Assembly: GCA_040776945.1 (NCBI GenBank)
Contig: JAXGZN010000002.1
Span: forward strand, 544,001-608,000
Direction: 5' to 3'
Source of the DNA: Methanomassiliicoccaceae archaeon
GTDB taxonomy: Archaea; Thermoplasmatota; Thermoplasmata; Methanomassiliicoccales; Methanomassiliicoccaceae
Length of the DNA: 64,000 nucleotides
Part shown: piece by piece, positions 59,349 through 64,000 of the stretch
Layout: every line of letters begins with the position of its first letter
How positions within the stretch are numbered: position 1 is the stretch's first letter
Position numbers and translations under genes: made by a program
Notes under the pieces: generated by a model
What the model was told of the DNA's origin: nothing
Databases searched by the model: none
What the model saw: only the letters and a program-made list of their open reading frames with translations

Positions 59349-61058
59349 TCACCTGCCTTGGACCAAACGGCGGAAGTCATCAACTATGCGGCGATAGTCG
59401 CGGTCCCCCGCGTCAAGCCTGCTCCAAAGGTGCTCATTGCAACGGCAAACCCACTCCGGCTCCAAGTATCGAGGGCCGTGGACGGCCGCCATGTCCAGCA
59501 GCACACCCCTCATCTCCGTCCGCGCACTGATGTTCGATAAGGCCTCCTTGACGGTCATTCCCCAAGACCCTGCGATCCGAGAGACCACCCTGGAACCGGA
59601 AAGGCCCTCATCTCCATGGCCCAGGAGCTGATGGAACCGCACCCTGCCGTCCTCCTCCCGGCACTCCGCCACCTCGATCAGGCGCCGGACCGGCCGCGAC
59701 CCTCCGCCCGGTCGAGACAGCCCCATCGTTAGCACGAGGTCGGTGGCCATGAACGCTTCCTTGGGGATCCCCATGTCATGCACCACCCGCTCATAGACAG
59801 AGCTTGCCGATTCACCATGGATGGTTCCCAGTACCGAGGAACCGGCCCTTCCAGCCCTCATGCTCTGATATAAGGTCTGAGCCTCCTTGCCCCGCACCTC
59901 GCCCAGGACAATGGCCGACTCGCCCAGACGGAGGGAGACCCTGAGGGCTTGGTCCGCAGCGTCCTCGTTGCTTTGGTCCATCCTTGTCTCTACGAACATC
60001 GATTGGACCTTGTATCCCAAAGATTGCATCCTCCTTGTAGGAAGCTCGAGCGTGTCCTCGATGGACAGGATGCGTTGGGACATAGGGAATTCGAACATCA
60101 TTGCCGACAACAAGGAGGATTTCCCGGAGCCCCTGGCGCCACAGATCAGAATGGTGCTGCGGCCGTCCATGAGGAAGGAGAGAAGCCCTGCGGTCGAGAC
60201 GTCCATTGAGCCGTTAGAGACGAGCTTGAGCAGCGTCCAAGAGCTCCTCGAATGCCTTCTGAGGGCGACAGCGGTACCGCTAGGGGAGAGAGGCGGCCCG
60301 ATGATCGTGGCCCTGGACCCCATTCCCTCCACATCGGTCTCCATGACTGGATAGGCCTCAGAGAAGGGTCGGCCGCTGGACTGCCGGAGGCGGGAGGCGA
60401 GCTTGGCGACCTCATCCTCGGAGACCGTGATGTTGGTAAGGCAACGACATACCGCATTAATGCCTGAGATCCCATTGACCGTTACGTGAACAGGGTTCTC
60501 CTCGGCCGGAGCGTCCACATAGACATCCTCGATCCGGTCATCGGACAGGAGCACCTCGAAAAAGCCCAGCCCGACGGTGTAACGGGCCACGACCTCCGAG
60601 AGCTTCTTTATCGCGCATTCCCGCTCCTCTATGCTACCTCCCAGATCGAGCCCGTTTCCAGAGCATAGGCCGCGGAACAGACGGGCGGAGGACGAGGTCA
60701 CGTGGGACCTGAGCTCTTCCCTTGATACGCTCAAGGACTGAGGCGGAAGGAAGGAGATCCTCCGAATAACCTTGGACAGTGCCGATATCCAGCTGTCTGG
60801 AAGGCCATATTCCCAAGGGACGGCGTGGTAGAGCATGCCTCCGCCGTCAGCGGCAGATGCGATGGTTACTCTGGCACCCGCTACATCGTAGTTGTCTATC
60901 GCCGCATATCCGCCAGGAAGAGATGTTGCGGCCCAGCATCCCGAGAAGCCCGGCCTGCGTGCCGCCCGCTCGCGGAGAAGCTTCGCCAATGCCCGTTCGG
61001 CCCCGCTCTCTTGGCTGACCGGAGCCCTTGGCCCCCTGACGATGACCCTAGTGGTCAT
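59349..61058 (-). CDS. Type IV pilus / type II secretion ATPase (VirB11/CpaF family)
   Basis: LLSDDRIEDVYV, Walker A GARGSGKS, IEDTLEL, Walker B LGEVRG and His-box GTIHG. Confidence 0.92.
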   Translation of the reverse strand: MTTRVIVRGPRAPVSQESGAERALAKLLRERAARRPGFSGCWAATSLPGGYAAIDNYDVAGARVTIASAADGGGMLYHAVPWEYGLPDSWISALSKVIRRISFLPPQSLSVSREELRSHVTSSSARLFRGLCSGNGLDLGGSIEERECAIKKLSEVVARYTVGLGFFEVLLSDDRIEDVYVDAPAEENPVHVTVNGISGINAVCRCLTNITVSEDEVAKLASRLRQSSGRPFSEAYPVMETDVEGMGSRATIIGPPLSPSGTAVALRRHSRSSWTLLKLVSNGSMDVSTAGLLSFLMDGRSTILICGARGSGKSSLLSAMMFEFPMSQRILSIEDTLELPTRRMQSLGYKVQSMFVETRMDQSNEDAADQALRVSLRLGESAIVLGEVRGKEAQTLYQSMRAGRAGSSVLGTIHGESASSVYERVVHDMGIPKEAFMATDLVLTMGLSRPGGGSRPVRRLIEVAECREEDGRVRFHQLLGHGDEGLSGSRVVSRIAGSWGMTVKEALSNISARTEMRGVLLDMAAVHGPRYLEPEWVCRCNEHLWSRLDAGDRDYRRIVDDFRRLVQGR

Positions 61059-61611
61059 TGGAGCTCACCACCTTGAACGCGGCCTTATTGATGCGCGTCT
61101 CGGCAAGATCCAGCAAGTGCCTGGCATGGTCCATGTTGGACCGCAGGGTTCGTATGCATTGTTCGCAGGCTCGCCCATGACCGCCCGAGGGGCGGGCGAA
61201 ACTGGCATCCATCTCAGGAGCGGCGCGGGGGAGGCCGTCGACCATTCTGGCGATTACCGTCCTTGGGTTGGAGAGGCAGGTCGCACAATCCTCAAAGGGC
61301 TGATGGAACTGTATGCTGTTCGCGAACCTGACGATATCGCTTATGGCCGACAGAGCGTCAACGCAATCTTGATCGTAAATTATCTCCCAATCTCTGGAAA
61401 GAATTATCTCGCGGATGCCCGGCGCTTCCGAGGCCATTATCCTGATGATCCCCTTCAGGCATCTTGGGTCGGCCAGGTCCTGTTTCTGACGGCAGCCTCG
61501 GCAATCTATGATCAGAGCTCCCCGCTCTCTTTTACCGATGCAGCTCGGCCGGACGGCTCTCCGTTCTGCCGGCCCAGCCGCCTTTCTCAGTTGGATAGGT
61601 CCGATCTTCAT
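61048..61611 (-). CDS. Cys-rich hypothetical protein upstream of the pilus ATPase
   Basis: Three CxxC pairs (CRGC, CATC, CEQC) plus additional Cys; overlaps the ATPase start by 11 nt. Confidence 0.75.
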   Translation of the reverse strand: MKIGPIQLRKAAGPAERRAVRPSCIGKRERGALIIDCRGCRQKQDLADPRCLKGIIRIMASEAPGIREIILSRDWEIIYDQDCVDALSAISDIVRFANSIQFHQPFEDCATCLSNPRTVIARMVDGLPRAAPEMDASFARPSGGHGRACEQCIRTLRSNMDHARHLLDLAETRINKAAFKVVSSNDH

Positions 61612-61753
61612 GGTCCCAGCCTCCTCATGGAAGGGAGGGTCATTCTGATTGACGCTACAGTGACGCTACGTACCTTTGCCCTGTTATCTCAAGGAGGCCT
61701 CATGCCAAAGTGCATCACAAGATGTTTTATCCGGGCCATCATAATGTCCGAGC

Positions 61754-63676
61754 ATGGAAGTGCTAGCTCCCGCCGGTTCCAAGGAAGCGTTCAAGGCGGC
61801 TCTGGCAGGTGGCGCCGACGCCATCTATCTGGGAGGCAAGCTTTTCGGAGCTAGACGATTCGCCCAGAACTTCTCCGATCAGGAGCTCAAGAGCGCCGTC
61901 GCACTGGCCCGCTCCCGTGATGTAAAGGTGTATGTGACGGTGAACACCCTGATCAAAGAGAAGGAGCTTCCCCTGGCGTTCGATTACCTGGACCTGCTGG
62001 ACCGAATAGATGTGGACGCGGTGATAGTGCAGGACCGAGGATTGGCCCGACTCATCATCGAAAACTTCGGCATTCCAGTCCATGCCTCCACCCAGATGGG
62101 GATCCACTCACCTGAGGACGCCCGATGGGCCAGAGAGCTGGGGATAGAGAGGGCCATTCTCGCCCGGGAGCTTAGCATCAAGGAGGTGGAGCGGATAGCC
62201 AAGGGCGCCGACATCGGCATAGAGGTGTTCGTCCATGGAGCGTTGTGCTACTGCTTCTCAGGGCAGTGCCTGTTCTCATCCATCCTTGGCGGACGGTCGG
62301 GCAATCGCGGCATGTGCGCCCAGCCCTGCCGTAAAAGGTATACCTTGGGCAAGGGAACGGCATACCTGCTGTCCACGGCCGACCTGTTCTCCATCGACGC
62401 CCTTCCCGATCTTATGCGCATCGGTGTGGACGCGATTAAGATCGAGGGACGTCTGCGTTCTCCAATATATGTATATCTGGCATCCAAGGTGTACAAGGCT
62501 GCGGTGGAACGCGCCGAGCGCGGGGACGAGGTCTTGATCACGGACAGGGAAAGGGAACTGTTGTCTGTGGCGTTCAACCGGGGCTTTAGTTCAGGGTACC
62601 TGCTTACGGACAAGGTCATGCAGCGCGCCTATCCCGAATCCCGAGGCCTTCCGTTAGGGAAGGCCATCTCAGAGGGACGAACGGTGAAGGTCCCTGGCAT
62701 GCTGGAGGAGGGGGACGGGATAACCTTCTACCGTGAAGGCGAGAAGGTCGGAGGGTTCGAGGTCCGATCCCCGGTCCATCAGGACGGCCTCACCGCTGTG
62801 AGCTCACCCTTCCGTCTGGAGATGGGCGATTATGATGTCTACAAGACAAAGGACCGCCAGTTCGCGGTGATTGAGAAGGAGATAAGCGCCATCCAATTCC
62901 CAATGAGCCAGGTCAAACGTCGTTTCGCCCGGTTCGAGCGTCCGGCCGTTGACCGAGGAACGCGTCGAGGGGATCTCTCGTTCTACATTTCCTCGATCCC
63001 TTCGCTGGTCGCGGTCATGCCTTATGCCGATCGAGTGTACTTTGATGCTGGCCCCCATCTCGAGGAAGCGATCGAGCGCTGCCGCGCGGATGGGATTGAG
63101 ATCGTCGCCAGGCTTCCGAGGATAACGACCTCGATGCCCCGGCTGCCCGACATACCGCTGATGATAAGCTCTCCCGGCCAGATGTTGGCATATTCCGAGC
63201 GACGCCTTTATGGATCGTACTTCTTGAACATGTTCAACTCCATAAACGTCCCTGAACTTTACCAGAGCACCCTGTCGGTAGAGCTCTCCAGAGATGATAT
63301 ACGAGACATAACCGCCCACTATCTCGGCAGGCTAGAGGTGATGGTCTTCGGCCGAGTGGAACTGATGGTGGCCCGCGATCCCACCCTAGAGGAAGGTACC
63401 TTGATAGATGAGAGAGGAGCAAGGTTCCCGGTTTTCCGTGACCGCTGCGGATATGTCCATATACTGAACTCATCGGACCTCTTCCTCTTGGACTTCCTCG
63501 GCGAGATGGACCGCATGGGGATCGACTCCTATGGCATCGACCTTCGGAACCGTCCTCCTGACGTCTGTTCGATCGTGGCCAAGGCATTCGATCGCCGGGA
63601 CCTCCGTTCAAAGGACAGGATAAAGCGCAGGGCCGGGCCGATCACGGCTGGCCACTACCTCCGAGGAGTGCAGTAA
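61754..63676 (+). CDS. Peptidase U32 family Fe-S protein (RlhA/TrhP-like hydroxylase)
   Basis: EVLAPAGS, GADAIYLG, HASTQ, FVHGALCYCFSGQC..S...GGRSGNRGMCAQPCR and KIEGR. Confidence 0.92.
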   Translation: MEVLAPAGSKEAFKAALAGGADAIYLGGKLFGARRFAQNFSDQELKSAVALARSRDVKVYVTVNTLIKEKELPLAFDYLDLLDRIDVDAVIVQDRGLARLIIENFGIPVHASTQMGIHSPEDARWARELGIERAILARELSIKEVERIAKGADIGIEVFVHGALCYCFSGQCLFSSILGGRSGNRGMCAQPCRKRYTLGKGTAYLLSTADLFSIDALPDLMRIGVDAIKIEGRLRSPIYVYLASKVYKAAVERAERGDEVLITDRERELLSVAFNRGFSSGYLLTDKVMQRAYPESRGLPLGKAISEGRTVKVPGMLEEGDGITFYREGEKVGGFEVRSPVHQDGLTAVSSPFRLEMGDYDVYKTKDRQFAVIEKEISAIQFPMSQVKRRFARFERPAVDRGTRRGDLSFYISSIPSLVAVMPYADRVYFDAGPHLEEAIERCRADGIEIVARLPRITTSMPRLPDIPLMISSPGQMLAYSERRLYGSYFLNMFNSINVPELYQSTLSVELSRDDIRDITAHYLGRLEVMVFGRVELMVARDPTLEEGTLIDERGARFPVFRDRCGYVHILNSSDLFLLDFLGEMDRMGIDSYGIDLRNRPPDVCSIVAKAFDRRDLRSKDRIKRRAGPITAGHYLRGVQ

Positions 63677-63785
63677 TAGTAACTGTAGCCTCAAACAAGA
63701 TGGCTCGGGGTTCGTCTCCCGCATCATGGACCGGGAGAAGGGCAGTGCCGCCGAGCGATACCAAGCCTCGACCAGTCATTGGGAC

Positions 63786-64000
63786 ATGGTCAAGGACCGC
63801 AGGGGGTGGGGAGGCTTCTACGAATCGATCATGGCGATGATGATAGTAACCGCGGGAATCGTCCTCATTACAGCCTCCCTCACCTTCATGGCCGCTCATG
63901 AGGACAGAGGGAGAGGAGGCGGTCCGGAATGCCGGGAGGTGATAAGAGCGGTCCTGACCGATAGGACGCTGGCCCCATCGGATAGGATGCTCGACCTGCG
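63786..64000 (+). CDS. Pilin-like protein with class III signal peptide (runs off the window end)
   Basis: Hand translation MVKDRRG|WGGFYESIMAMMIVTAGIVLITASLTFM..., open to 64000. In-frame upstream ATG at 63726 is an alternative start. Confidence 0.6.
   Translation, partial: MVKDRRGWGGFYESIMAMMIVTAGIVLITASLTFMAAHEDRGRGGGPECREVIRAVLTDRTLAPSDRMLDL

Noticed and set aside
61048-61058. Possible pyrrolysine read-through fusing the Cys-rich gene to the pilus ATPase (also considered at TAG 38392-38394)
   Set aside because: The downstream genes are in different frames and have their own SD and ATG, so TAG read-through would not fuse them.
1-64000. CRISPR arrays, rRNA, transposases, integrases or prophage genes
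   Set aside because: No regularly spaced repeats and no such protein or rRNA motifs were recognised.

Overview
Gene-dense, GC-rich (~60%) archaeal chromosomal segment. The gene set and order point to Thermoplasmatota, most likely Methanomassiliicoccales; this is inference, as no rRNA or methanogenesis marker is in the window. The evidence is the rpoE1-spt4-DPCK-rps24e-rps27ae cluster, FEN1, RFC-L, Taw1, aCPSF1-psmB, AcnX-type mevalonate genes, Rpe and a DUF835 domain. I call 58 complete CDSs, one 3'-truncated pilin-like CDS and one intron-containing tRNA-Arg(CCG). I found no rRNA, CRISPR array, transposase or integrase. Main points of interest: (1) a 7-gene membrane-stress-like cluster (37.9-43.6 kb) resembling Bacillus pspA-ydjGHI, with an unknown helical protein in the PspA position, three YdjG-like Zn-ribbon paralogs and two SPFH proteins; (2) IleRS fused to tandem HhH, Zn-ribbon and KaiC-like DUF835 domains; (3) a phosphomevalonate dehydratase small subunit fused to a Nudix hydrolase; (4) two genes apparently starting at CTG within CTGA stop/start overlaps; (5) a candidate ~104-nt two-hairpin small RNA with its own promoter beside a glutamate-synthase-like gene; (6) a type IV pilus-like ATPase/TadC locus with a Cys-rich partner; (7) frequent TAG stops despite a probably pyrrolysine-associated lineage. 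All family assignments come from motif recognition by eye; no database searches were run.
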